Below are positions 53,718-64,000 of a stretch of 64,000 bases of DNA, one piece after another (position 1 is the stretch's first letter; each line of letters opens with the position of its first letter). The position numbers and the translations under genes were made by a program. The notes under the pieces are model-generated. The model saw nothing but the letters and a program-made list of their open reading frames with translations. It searched no databases and was not told where the DNA came from. The DNA comes from Paragordius varius (Eukaryota > Animalia > Nematomorpha): positions 1,674,001-1,738,000 of the forward strand of contig OZ176051.1 in NCBI GenBank assembly GCA_964247055.1, in the 5' to 3' direction.

Positions 53718-55004
53718 ATGCGCCAAGATTGCACAAGTTACATAAACTTTAAAAACTTTATAACAAATGATTCCAATTTTAGTAGACAATACGCCCATAT
53801 ATATTTTGAACGATTGAAATTATACCGTCTTAGTTTTGCTTCTCATATAAAAAAAAACTTTCCAGAACTTGAAATCAAAACAATTCCTCATGCCACGAAA
53901 GATCAGCCATGCATTATTATTGGAACTATTTATAAAGAATCTACATTAAGACCAACGGTACTAAAAAGATTGCGTAAGAATATTAAATTTGAACCTCTAA
54001 AACGTTACATTAAAGATAATGATCCAATTTTTATTGAAGACGAATTGCAAAGGGCTCTCCTTCTCGGGAATATTGATAAAGATAATTTTGTTACTGGTGT
54101 TGTTGTAGCACTTGTCGGTGTGTCTAATAGATCTGCCGGTTTTATAGTAGATAAAGTAATTTTCCCATATCTTGCATTGCAAAAACCTCTTCCAAAATCA
54201 ACGGACTGTTATGTTGCTTTCTTGTCCGGTATATGCCAAGACAATGATCCCGATACAGATATTGAGGAATTACCGTTGCTTATTGATGTACTGACAGGTT
54301 TTATCTTTGCTAATGAAGTGTCTCTAGTTGAAAATCTTGTGCGAATGATAATTGCCGGTAATTCTATCAGTGAAAATGTTTATAATAGCAATATATTAGA
54401 TAAAAGAAATGTAAATAACCGTACAATTTTAAGATCATTTGAAACCATGGGTAAATTAGACCAGATATTTTATCAATTGGCTTCGTCCATCCCAATAGAT
54501 GTCATGGCAGGTAAGTATGATCCATCGAATCTTTTATTTCCTCAACAACCTTTGAGCAAGTGTATGTTTCCACAAGCATCGACACTCAAAACTTTTAACA
54601 CAGTCACAAATCCTTATGAATGTGAAATCAATGGTGTCAGAATTCTCGGCACATCGGGTCAAAATATTGACGATATCAAAAAATTTACATTTATTGAAGA
54701 TTCATTGGATATTGTGGAACTTACCCTTAAATGGACCCATATTGCTCCAACCGCTCCCGACTCTTTACCTTGTTTTCCCCATTTTAATGAGGAACCCTTT
54801 ATTATATCTTCGTGCCCGCACATATATTTTGCCGCTAACCAACCCGAATTTAAATCTAAAATTTTTAAGGGTGATGGTGGTCAACGCATTCTATTGATAA
54901 CTGTGCCAGAGTTTAAAAGATCCAAAAGCCTAGTTTTAGTCAATTTAGCAGATCTGGGTGCACATTGCTTGTGTTTAGATACTTTTGCAGAAGATAAAGC
55001 CTAA
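53718..55004 (+). CDS. POLD2: DNA polymerase delta subunit 2 (B subunit), single-exon 428 aa ORF
   Basis: FSRQYAHIY, IEDELQR, VTGVVVA, IIAGNS, PIDVMAGKYDPSN..PQQPL, TNPY, GTSGQNIDDI, HIAPTAPDSL and CPHIYFA-NQ are conserved POLD2 motifs. The ORF is uninterrupted. Confidence 0.96.
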   Translation: MRQDCTSYINFKNFITNDSNFSRQYAHIYFERLKLYRLSFASHIKKNFPELEIKTIPHATKDQPCIIIGTIYKESTLRPTVLKRLRKNIKFEPLKRYIKDNDPIFIEDELQRALLLGNIDKDNFVTGVVVALVGVSNRSAGFIVDKVIFPYLALQKPLPKSTDCYVAFLSGICQDNDPDTDIEELPLLIDVLTGFIFANEVSLVENLVRMIIAGNSISENVYNSNILDKRNVNNRTILRSFETMGKLDQIFYQLASSIPIDVMAGKYDPSNLLFPQQPLSKCMFPQASTLKTFNTVTNPYECEINGVRILGTSGQNIDDIKKFTFIEDSLDIVELTLKWTHIAPTAPDSLPCFPHFNEEPFIISSCPHIYFAANQPEFKSKIFKGDGGQRILLITVPEFKRSKSLVLVNLADLGAHCLCLDTFAEDKA

Positions 55005-56639
55005 AAAAATTCTTTTTTGATAATCCAATAATAAATGTATTAATATTGGGATTATAATTTAGCTATTATTGAATGAATTAAACTAAATTGTGTCAATGTT
55101 TTATATAGTTTTAAAACTTTTTTTTCGCAAAAACCCAGATACAAAAAATTGGCTTGGAATTGTGTTTGATTTTGGTTTAAATCATTGCTATTTTATATTG
55201 ATTTACATTAATGGACTATTTTTACTTAAAATATTCTGATATAAAATATTACAAAAATGCCATAATATTAATTTATATAAATGTCTCAACTTCTGCTCGA
55301 TTTTCAAATAATATTTACCCGAATAGTTATATTTTAACGTTCACGTAGGATTGTTTACGGTCTTTTGATATTGTTGCGTAAACATCCACTCAACATCTCT
55401 CAATTTGTGGCTGAAAAATAAAACATAAATACAATGCGCATGTTAAATATAAATGTTGCGTAAAAAATATAAAACATCAAAGACACGAGCATTAGATAAA
55501 ACATCGTAGCGACTTTCGAATTGGAAAGAGCTGAGAATATAAGTAGTTTTAATATTTATCCATACATAATTCTTATTTTATGTTTAAATTTACTTATAAT
55601 ATTAAACAATTCGTTTTGTAAAGTTAATTTTTCCTTTTAGTTACTAAATGTATGTGTGGTATTTTTGACTGTTCATTTTGTGAATGACTCTTATTTAAGT
55701 GATCGCGGTTATTTTTGAATCGTCTCATTCCCAACTCTACTCAAGGCATTTTGCCATGCCGATTTATGCGTCTTTTCGATATTGCGCTTTTCTAGGAATT
55801 TTCGGTGCTTTTAAAATATATATTTTTACAGTGAAGGAAGTTAAATAGGAAATAATTTAAAACGATTAATTATGATCTGCTTAACAGTATATTTGGATCG
55901 AGCACATAATTTAATTTATACATGTTTTCTAAAAAGAAATGAGGGACATGTATTTTTCAAATAATAATTTTGCGAATAAAGTTATGTGTACTGAAAAGTA
56001 TAATCTATCTATTTATAAAAATGGAAAATGCTGGCTTTGTGATCTGTTTCCGGAAAACCAGTTGACCCATTCAAATCCAAATGTCGAAAAAATATAATCA
56101 TTAATGAATGCCCCGACAATAGCTTAGCCCCTTTTTTATTTAGGCCCCTAGTTCGAGCCCACCCGTATAAAAAACGGTTTTCTTTGAAAACAGAAGTCCA
56201 CAAAAATCGTGTCTGTCAAAAAATATAATCATTAATGAATGCCCCGACAATAGCTTAGCCCCTTTTTTAATTAGGCCCCTAGTTCAGGCCCACCCGTGTA
56301 AAAAACGGTTTTCTTTGAAAACAGAAGTCTACAAAAATCGTGTCTTTGAGACCAATTTTCCGGAAAACGTGCTGGACCATTCGATTTCAAATATGATTTT
56401 TTTTACATAGTCGGCTTGCTTTTTTAATTTAGGCCCTCTTTTTACCCGCTCCCCCCGTAAAATGCCATTTTTTTCAAAAAATAATTTTTTGAATTTATTT
56501 TTCTCCCAAGGTACGAGACCGTAAAATTCAATGAGGATTACAGGTATTTCCTGTTAAAAGGCAAAAAGTTTAGTCGTGCGTTTTTTTTATATTGGGGATA
56601 AGGAAATACCCGCTAAAAACTGCCTCTTCATATCTAAAT

Positions 56640-58250
56640 AGCGCTTTGGGGCTAAATTTCAGAAAACCTATCAGGCCATATGAGTTCAATAGGTGCTCAA
56701 AATATTACGCGTAACAAGGCAAGGGTAGTACTGTTTTTTTAAATTAGCCGTTAATTAGGCCCTTCACGCCCTGAAAAATGCCCCATTATAGAATAATTTT
56801 TTAGTTTTGAGGCAATTTTTCCAAAAACTAATGAGAGCATATGGAAACAATGATGATTCCAGGTATTCTTCGCAAAAAGGCAAAAATTTTAATTAAGCGC
56901 TTTTTTTGTATCAGCCTCTGAGTAGGGAGCTACCCGACTAAAACTGCGCCACCATATATTGCGTTGTTTAGGAATTAATTTTTAGAAAACTTATCAGGCC
57001 ATAAGTTTAATAAGGGCCTGAAATATTACGCGTATAAAGGCAAAAATTTAAGTCTTGCGGTTTTAATTTAGCCGTTTGTTAGGCCCTTTACACCCTAAAA
57101 AATGCGCTATCATGGAACTATTATTTATTGAAGCTATTCTCCCAAAAACTATTGATATAAGATTAATGATGATTCCAGGTCTTGCCCTATAAAAACAAAA
57201 CATATCGATACAGCGTGACTTTGGGGGCAATTTTAGAAAACTTATCAGGCTATATGAGTTAAATAAGGGCTTAAAATATTCCCCGTAAAAAGGCAAAAAT
57301 TTAGGTAGAGCGGTTTTATTACATTATCTCTTAATTAGACCTTTGCCCTGAAAATGCGCCACCATAGAATGACTTTTTGGTTTTGATGCAATTTTTCGAA
57401 AATCCCACGAGAGCATATGGAATCAATCATGATTCCAGGTATTACCCGAATTAAGGCAAAAATTTTAATTTAGCGTTCTTTTGTTTCGCCCCACCATATC
57501 GATACATCATGACTTTAGCTTATTTCAAAAAAACCTATGAAACTATGTGAGTTCAATAAGGGCCTAAAATATTTATTACCCTTAAAAAACAAACATTTTA
57601 GTATAGGGGGTTATTTTAATGAGTCGCTAAGTAAAGTTTTACGCCCTGAAAAATGCGCCGCCATAGAACATTTTTTTAGGTTGGAAGCAATATTTCCAAG
57701 AACTTATAGAACCATATGGAATCCATGATAATTCCAGATATTCCCCATATAAAAAAATTTTGATCAACGCTTTTTTGATATCAGACCCTGGGTAAGGAGC
57801 TACCTGCCAAAAACTGCGCCACTATTGCGTTGTTTTGGAGCTAATTTACAGATTATGAAGCCATATGAGCTAATTAAAAGCTTTACCCGTAACTAGGTAA
57901 AAATTAAGGTCAGGCGTTTTTATTAGCCGTCGATTTGGGGCCTTTATGCCATAAAGATACGCCATCATTAGACCATTATTTACTGATGAGCATTTTTTCG
58001 AATAACTTATGAAGCGATGGCATCAAAAAGATGATTCCAAATATTTGCCCTATAAACGAATTTAATTCAGATCCTTTTCCATATAGGTCTATGGGTAGGG
58101 CTCTACCGGTTTAAAACTGAGACGTCTTACAAAAATGGTGTGGTTTTGGAGCAAATTTTCAAAAAAATTTAGAAGCCATAGTTCAATAAAGGCTTTAAAG
58201 GTAAAAATTATAGTATAGCGGTTTTTTCCGTCAACCGTCAATTTAAGTCC
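56640..58250 (+). repeat. Diverged tandem array of ~250-320 bp units inside the Helitron
   Basis: AAAACTTATCAGGCCATATGAGTT..AATAAGGGC-like motifs at ~56661, 56985, 57236, 57530, 57850, 58170. GATGATTCCAG at ~56850, 57165, 57428, 57727, 58030. A separate ~130 bp tandem duplication lies at 56089-56345. Confidence 0.7.
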
Positions 58251-58499
58251 TTCACACCAGTAAAACAATATATTATTATGAATGCACAGTTTTGAAAATT
58301 CTATGAAGCACCGTTTTTAAAATTTTATGAGATCTTAACTATTATATAATGTTTAGAAAAATCCATATATATGGATCACAATTTTGTTGATCCCTTTTTT
58401 CAAATAGCGGCTTCGTAGGCTCCAACTTACACTATCATCTTCACCACGGTAAAATAATTTAATACAGAAAAATTTATTTAGCAAATTTAATACGACATT

Positions 58500-60700
58500 G
58501 GCTACATAATTATAATTTGTTCTTATTTGTAATGCTCTAAGATTTAAAAATGAACCCAAAGGGTTGTGTTGTGCATCGGGTAAGGTGAATTTACCAGAGT
58601 TTACCACGACATTAAATAATCTTCTAGCCGGTTCCAGATTCTAAACATTTTTGCAAAATATTAGGGGGTCCAATACCTGCTTTCAAATAACATCGTTTGG
58701 AGCTGATATACTAATCAACTAACTTTTAAAGTGAAACGTTAAATCTATCATAAGGCATGCTCTTTGTTTCCAGCACAAGGGCGCAATCACAAATTTTTGC
58801 AATTATATTTTGTTAATGATGATACCGTTGAACTTGGTATCCGTTGCAATAATTTTATCAAACTTAAAGGCCCAATTTTATTAGAGTTACAGGGACAATT
58901 ACATCAGCACAATCAGTTGGGGAAATTGTTTAAAACAGCAATAGATATAATGCCGTCTAATACGCATAAAATTGTTATTCATGCCGACAAAGTGCCTCAT
59001 GGCGAACATGAACGCAGATTTAATGCTCCCACAATTGATGAGTAGCGATTTATTCAAGAGATATTGTTCTTCACCTGAGAAACAATAATTTGAAAAATGT
59101 GTCTGAGACTTATAGATGTTACGATCCGTTACAATATCCACTAGTATTTTGGATGGCACAGACGGATATAATTTTATCACCAAACAAGAAACTAATATAA
59201 AATGTAGCGCAATGAAATATTATTCGTATCTATTAATGATAAGGGACGGTCAGGATAATCATATTTTAAGATGCCGAATATAATTTCACCAACACATTAT
59301 AGATATGTACGCAAAAATAGAAACAACGAGTATTTTATATCTTCCGTTAAAACAGACTGAAATTCGTTCTCAAGAATATATACACCTACTAGACCCGAGT
59401 GTTTTAGCAGAAGCTTATGATTGATTTTATAGTTAATTAGGAGGTGTTTGGTGCAGTGCAATGTGTAATGTACACAGTCGAGTGGCAAAAAGGGGACTAC
59501 CACATGCACATATATTGATTTGGCTTTGTTCCAAAATAAAGTCAAGTGAAATAGATTCTGTTATATCCTCTGAAATACCTGATCCTACGATTGATAAATT
59601 ATGAGGCTGTTATAAAATATACCTCGATACATGGATCCTGTTATGATTTAAACCCTACGTGCCCATGTATGAAAGATGGAAGATGCTCCAAGCAGTAATA
59701 ACAAATACGATTACAGATAACAATGGATATCCCATATACAGAAAAAGAGCTCCAAAAGATGGTGGCAAAACAGCTTTAATGCATCTTAGGAATGGTGACG
59801 TAGAAATAGATAATCGGTGGGTGATTCCCTCCCCTTTACTGTTAAAAACCTATAAAGCTCACATAAACGTAGAATATTGCGATTCTGTGAAATCAATCAA
59901 ATACATATGCTAGTTTATAAATAAGGGCAGCGATATGGCTTTTCGCCTCCAATCCGATATTGGAAGGGAAAATATTAAAGATGAAATAACACAGTATCAG
60001 TCAGGAAGATATATAGGCAGTAGTGAAGCTGTCTGGCAAATTTTTTCGTTTCCTATACAATAATAGCCTTATTGTTCATTAGCAATCTATTTAGAAAATG
60101 GGCAGCGTGTCTATTTTACAGCTTCTAATACCATAGAAGTAGCTAGAAATCCACCAGATACTACTTTAACTGCCTTCTTTAAGTTATGCCAAAAGGATGC
60201 CTCAAAAACAGTGCTCTATTCCGAAATACCTTCCTATTACATATGGAACGCTAAAAAAAATTCGAACGGCGCAAGCGAGGGATACCAACTAGTTGCTGTT
60301 CTTGTGTATAAAAAGGTGCGGCATTAAGTAGATTATACACGATTCATTCAAACCAAGACGAATGTTTTTTCTTCGTTTGTTATGGATAAATGTGAGAGAA
60401 CCATCTTCATTTGACTATTAAAAATCCTACGGTGTTTTACATCCTACGTTTCGCTGTGCAAAAATGATCAACATTGGGATCTATGTATCCATGAAATATC
60501 CTTCATATACGTACTTTGTTTGCTATATTAACGTTTTGTTTACCCTCATCAGCGGCGGAGCTATAGGAAAATATAAAAATCAGATGTCTGAGGATTTACT
60601 GCTGCAATCCTGTTTTAACAATAATAATAATAATATTAATAACGATGAGGTAGAAATTTTTAATGACGCTTTGATAAAAATCGAATTTGTCTATAGATAC
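58500..60700 (+). pseudogene. Helitron Rep (HUH endonuclease) coding remnant, frameshifted, with no helicase domain
   Basis: CNALRFKNEPKGLCCASGKV, YDPLQYPL, HUH motif YTVEWQK-GLPHAHILIWL, GYPIYRKR, DNRWV, HINVEYC.SVKSIKYIC, RYIGSSEAVW and LAIYLENGQRVYF. Confidence 0.9.
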
Positions 60701-61502
60701 CAAACAGGCCTCATAGATTGGTAATGCCATCTCCAAATCAAATGCCTGTCGTTGCCATATCTTAAACCCACTCAACAATATGTTTTTGAGGCTATTCTTC
60801 GCCAAAATTATCAGATCATACGCGTATAAAGGCAAAAAATTTGCCCCCCAAGAAGTCCGAAGCATTTTCTCGGGCTGAGTAGCAGCCCGAGATTTACGCT
60901 AGTAATATATTAATATTTGACACATATATAAAAGACAATTACTATTATATAACAACTACTTTTAATAATGTTAGACTCTAGCATATATTAAAATTTTTTA
61001 TTGTTCCAACATTTCTTCGTTTAAGCTCTATTTTAAGGGATCCCAAAATATAAGAGTTTCGAAAAGATAAAATTATGATTTCAAATAAATATTGCTTTCC
61101 TTTTACACTTCATTACCTTTTTACTTTTTCGTGCCTACTTGGGGTAGTTATTTCCTAGAGCTCGAACTATAGTTTTGAAAGTTATAGTTGAAATTTAATC
61201 AAACATTGTTCTCATGTTTTGATTTAAAAAAATTATTTTTTACTGTTTTGTGACTTCTAGAGTAATTGGAACGGCTCCAAAACACGATTGGAACGAACAG
61301 CTTATTAAAATCGAAAATAAAGTTTTGCTGGAATATTGCCTGAATGGTTTTTAATGTTATTAATATATATTTAATCATAAAATACATTTATTGCCTGTTG
61401 CATTAGCGATTTATTATAGAAAAAAATGGCGGCAAAAAAGTTCGGGATGAGGGTTTTAATACAAAATTCGGCTTAATCGCTTAAAATCAATTGATACACC
61501 TT

Positions 61503-62490
61503 TTAATCCCTCAGCTCAGGTTTTGTATTAATTAAATCCCATAATAAAATATTGTGTCGAGGTAATATTTTAAAGGTAAAATATTGTAGCGAATACAAAA
61601 TCCTGTAAAAAATTGATAAAATTCAAATATGGTTAGATTTTACTAATTTTTTATCCATTTTTTTTAATTTAATCAAAAATTTTTACCAGGTGATATCGCC
61701 TGCCTCACAGCAACAAGCTCTGTGAGTTTTAAATAATTTATTTTATAAAATTATTGTTTTTTTCAATTATTGTTTTTGTTTTTAAATATAGTTTCTGTCA
61801 CTTAAGTTGGGGACGAAAAATTGTCTCATGAATTCCTTTTATTAACTAAATGTTTTGCAAAAGAATTTATCAGATGCAGTATCAGCTGAAAAAAACTGGT
61901 CTTTAATTTAACACTACGCTTCAAATTGGGGTATCTAAATACCCCAGACTAAATTTAAGTTAGTATTTTCAAAAAACTGAATAAAACGGTCCGAATTAGG
62001 AGAGCGGTTTATTTGTATTATTTTTCAATTTTACCATTGCACACATGTCACGTTGACTAAATTTTTACCTTTCGGTTTTAGCTTAAAATAAGTAATCAAA
62101 TACTTTTGAATATTTTATATATTTTGGTTTATTAATGTTGTACAAGTGCAAAACTTTGCCATGGTTTAGATTCCTTTCATATTTTTAAAGAATTTAAAAA
62201 CAGGCCTGGGGTATTTAACTACCCCTTGAATCGAAGGACTAAAATGAATGTGTTGTATCCAAGTGTTAAATAGAGTTTTCAGAAAACTGCTTCAAAGGTG
62301 CAATTTTTTGGCTTTTAGATTACATGTAGAACTTGACTGAGGGGCCAATTTTAAAATTATGTTCGGCGCATACCATTGTACGGATTGACTCGAAATTCTA
62401 AATTCTTTGATAATTTTGGTAAAAAGCTAACCTGTTGACGGATTCTAACCTTTGGAATTCATGCACTTTTGGCTCCAGTTTGACTGTCCC
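61503..62490 (-). CDS. Candidate unidentified spliced gene. Exons: ...-62374, 61845-61802, 61719-61687, 61602-61503; 5' end unresolved
   Basis: Three GT-AG introns join phase-compatible exons into NFESIRTM-LIKGIHETIFRPQLK-ACCCEAGDIT-WILYSLQYFTFKILPRHNILLWDLINTKPELRD*. The upstream frame has in-frame TAGs, and no start codon or homolog was recognised. Confidence 0.4.
61912..62265 (-). mobile_element. Internally deleted piggyBac-like MITE (354 bp)
   Basis: TTAA(61908-61911)|CACTACGCTTCAAATTGGGG...TGTGTTGTATCCAAGTG|TTAA(62266-62269). Confidence 0.8.
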
Positions 62491-62669
62491 AAGCCCTTTT
62501 AGCTATTTACCGTTTAAAGTTGATATTAAAAAATTCTTTTTATATAAATTTAGCCAAATGACTATTAATTTAAATAAAGCCCTATATCACCTTCTAGTCC
62601 CTTTTGTTTTCACAAAATAGATTTATTTTTTTAATTTACATGCGTTCACTAGCTAGTTTGTAAAATAAT

Positions 62670-64000
62670 ATGACTCAATTTTTACCACCAAACTTATTAG
62701 CTTTATTTGCTCCTCGTGAGCCAATCCCTTATTTACCCCCAAATGTAAAATTATCTCATGAAAAAAGAAAAATTCCTTATTCTGGGATTGCCACGTTTAC
62801 CAAATTTTTTGAGGTATTTATAGTTATAATTGGTAGACTACTCCTGCCCCCCCACGAATCAAACAAGAAACAACGCTTGAAAGAAGGGAACGCAAGGTTT
62901 AATCAATAATATAATATAAGCGTAAAGAAAAAGCAGAGCAAGTTGCATATCTTGTAGAACAAGGCATCGCTCTATGTATTAATTATATTTATTTTATAGG
63001 GAAACCGCATGAGGGTCATAGAAAAACGATGGATCCCTACAAAACATTGTTTGTTGCGCGAATAGTAAAAAGTTTTAAAATTTAGAATTATGACACATCC
63101 GAATCGAAAATAAAAAAAGAGTTTTCCGAATTTGGACCAATTAGAAAAGTTGTTAATAAATATTATTTACTAGCTTTACGTTATATATGAAAAAAATAGT
63201 GGGAAACCGCGCGGGTATGCTTTTATAGAATATGAACACGAACGTGATATGCATGGTAATTTTTATAATTATTTTAAATTGCTTAACATCTAATATTTTT
63301 TCAATTTCTTTCAATTATATATTTTAAATTGCCTAATATCTAATATATTTTTTTAAATGTCAGAGAGTTGAATTTGATATAACGTTACACAATGGCCTTG
63401 CTGCCCCATATACTTTGTATAATTTGTTAGGTAAGAGAGGTAAATAAAATATTATTTTATGGAATGCGCTAATGCATTTTAGGACAAGAAATTTCTTTAG
63501 TATTGTTCAAAAATATATGACAATTACATTAATTAAAAAGAAAAGTAAAAGGCTACTATGTTATATTATTAACCATATTTTTAATCCTTTTTATATACCT
63601 ATATGATTAAGGTAAAATGGGTAAATATAATTGGGTGTGTTTATATTTCAATTCTATATTTTGCAAGTTAAAATACCGCATATTAAAAAATTCATTGATT
63701 AAAAGTATGGTGTTTTTCATGAAAAAAACATATATGTCTGTTACTTTTTATTTTTGGTTTTAATTTTTGCAGTGCTTTATGGTTTTTGTTTTCCTTATTA
63801 GCCGCTTACAAAAGAGCAGACGGTCGCAAGATAGATGGAAGACGTGTTTTGGTGGATGTTGAACGTGGCCGTACTATAAAGGGTTGGTTACCTCGTAGAT
63901 TTGGTAATTCATTTATTGCTATAATAATTTTTTTTCTAAAACTTTTAGCTAACACTCTCTCATCTTGTTTTTAGGGGGTGGTTTAGGAAATTCAAGAAAA
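62670..64000 (+). CDS. SNRNP70: U1 snRNP 70 kDa protein, 5' part. Exons: 62670-62813, 62837-62896, 62921-62975, 63000-63064, 63086-63148, 63174-63255, 63802-63903, 63975->64000
   Basis: [36 protein letters not shown]1 [55 protein letters not shown]. All introns are GT-AG. The gene runs off the window end. Confidence 0.97.

Larger units (their letters stand above)
56004..60902 (+). mobile_element. Helitron (4.9 kb), internally deleted, inserted between A and T
   Basis: A(56003)|TCTATCTATTTATAAAAATGG at the 5' end. TCGGGCTG-AGTAG-CAGCCCGA hairpin then CTAG(60899-60902)|T at the 3' end. Rep remnants lie inside. Confidence 0.9.

Noticed and set aside
56640-58250. Periodic motifs resembling a CRISPR array
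   Set aside because: The units are ~300 bp, wholly homologous and diverged, with no unique spacers or cas genes. The context is eukaryotic and inside a Helitron.
61425-61520. AAAATGGCG start context and an ATGA...AAA...TGAT hairpin resembling a SECIS element on the plus strand
   Set aside because: The ORF closes after 16 codons, the stem needs a bulge next to the core, and no selenoprotein lies upstream on that strand.
62390-62500. Two in-frame TAGs suggesting stop-codon reassignment
   Set aside because: POLD2 (428 codons) and the exons of the other conserved genes contain no internal TAG. Splice acceptors or decay explain these TAGs more simply.
1-64000. tRNA, rRNA or snRNA genes, and the many 60-90 aa AT-rich ORFs in the track
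   Set aside because: I saw no recognisable RNA gene. The short ORFs are low-complexity, repeat-derived or antisense to real exons.

Overview
This is very AT-rich eukaryotic (metazoan-like) genomic DNA in the standard genetic code. It holds five recognisable housekeeping genes: ALG2 (3.4-8.8 kb, +), ANKLE2 (42.9-50.4 kb, +), UXS1 (50.6-53.5 kb, -), an intronless POLD2 (53.7-55.0 kb, +) and the 5' part of SNRNP70/U1-70K (62.7-64 kb, +). A candidate unidentified spliced gene lies at 61.5-62.5 kb (-). Many introns are only 21-29 nt, as reported for highly reduced parasitic animals such as dicyemids; the taxon cannot be fixed from this window. The gene-free 10-42 kb interval is a ~32 kb inverted duplication with a ~3.2 kb spacer. 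Each arm contains smaller head-to-head hairpins built from LINE fragments. It shows concerted evolution at two nested scales, a flipped internal segment and a ~2.4 kb near-identical tract. Mobile DNA includes nested TTAA piggyBac-like MITEs, TA-flanked Tc1/mariner-like MITEs, LINE and Penelope relics, a helicase-less Helitron (56.0-60.9 kb) and two short derivatives of it. The most interesting hidden signal is a candidate poison exon with clustered 5' splice sites in the single long intron of SNRNP70. All alignments and identities were judged by eye; no searches were run.
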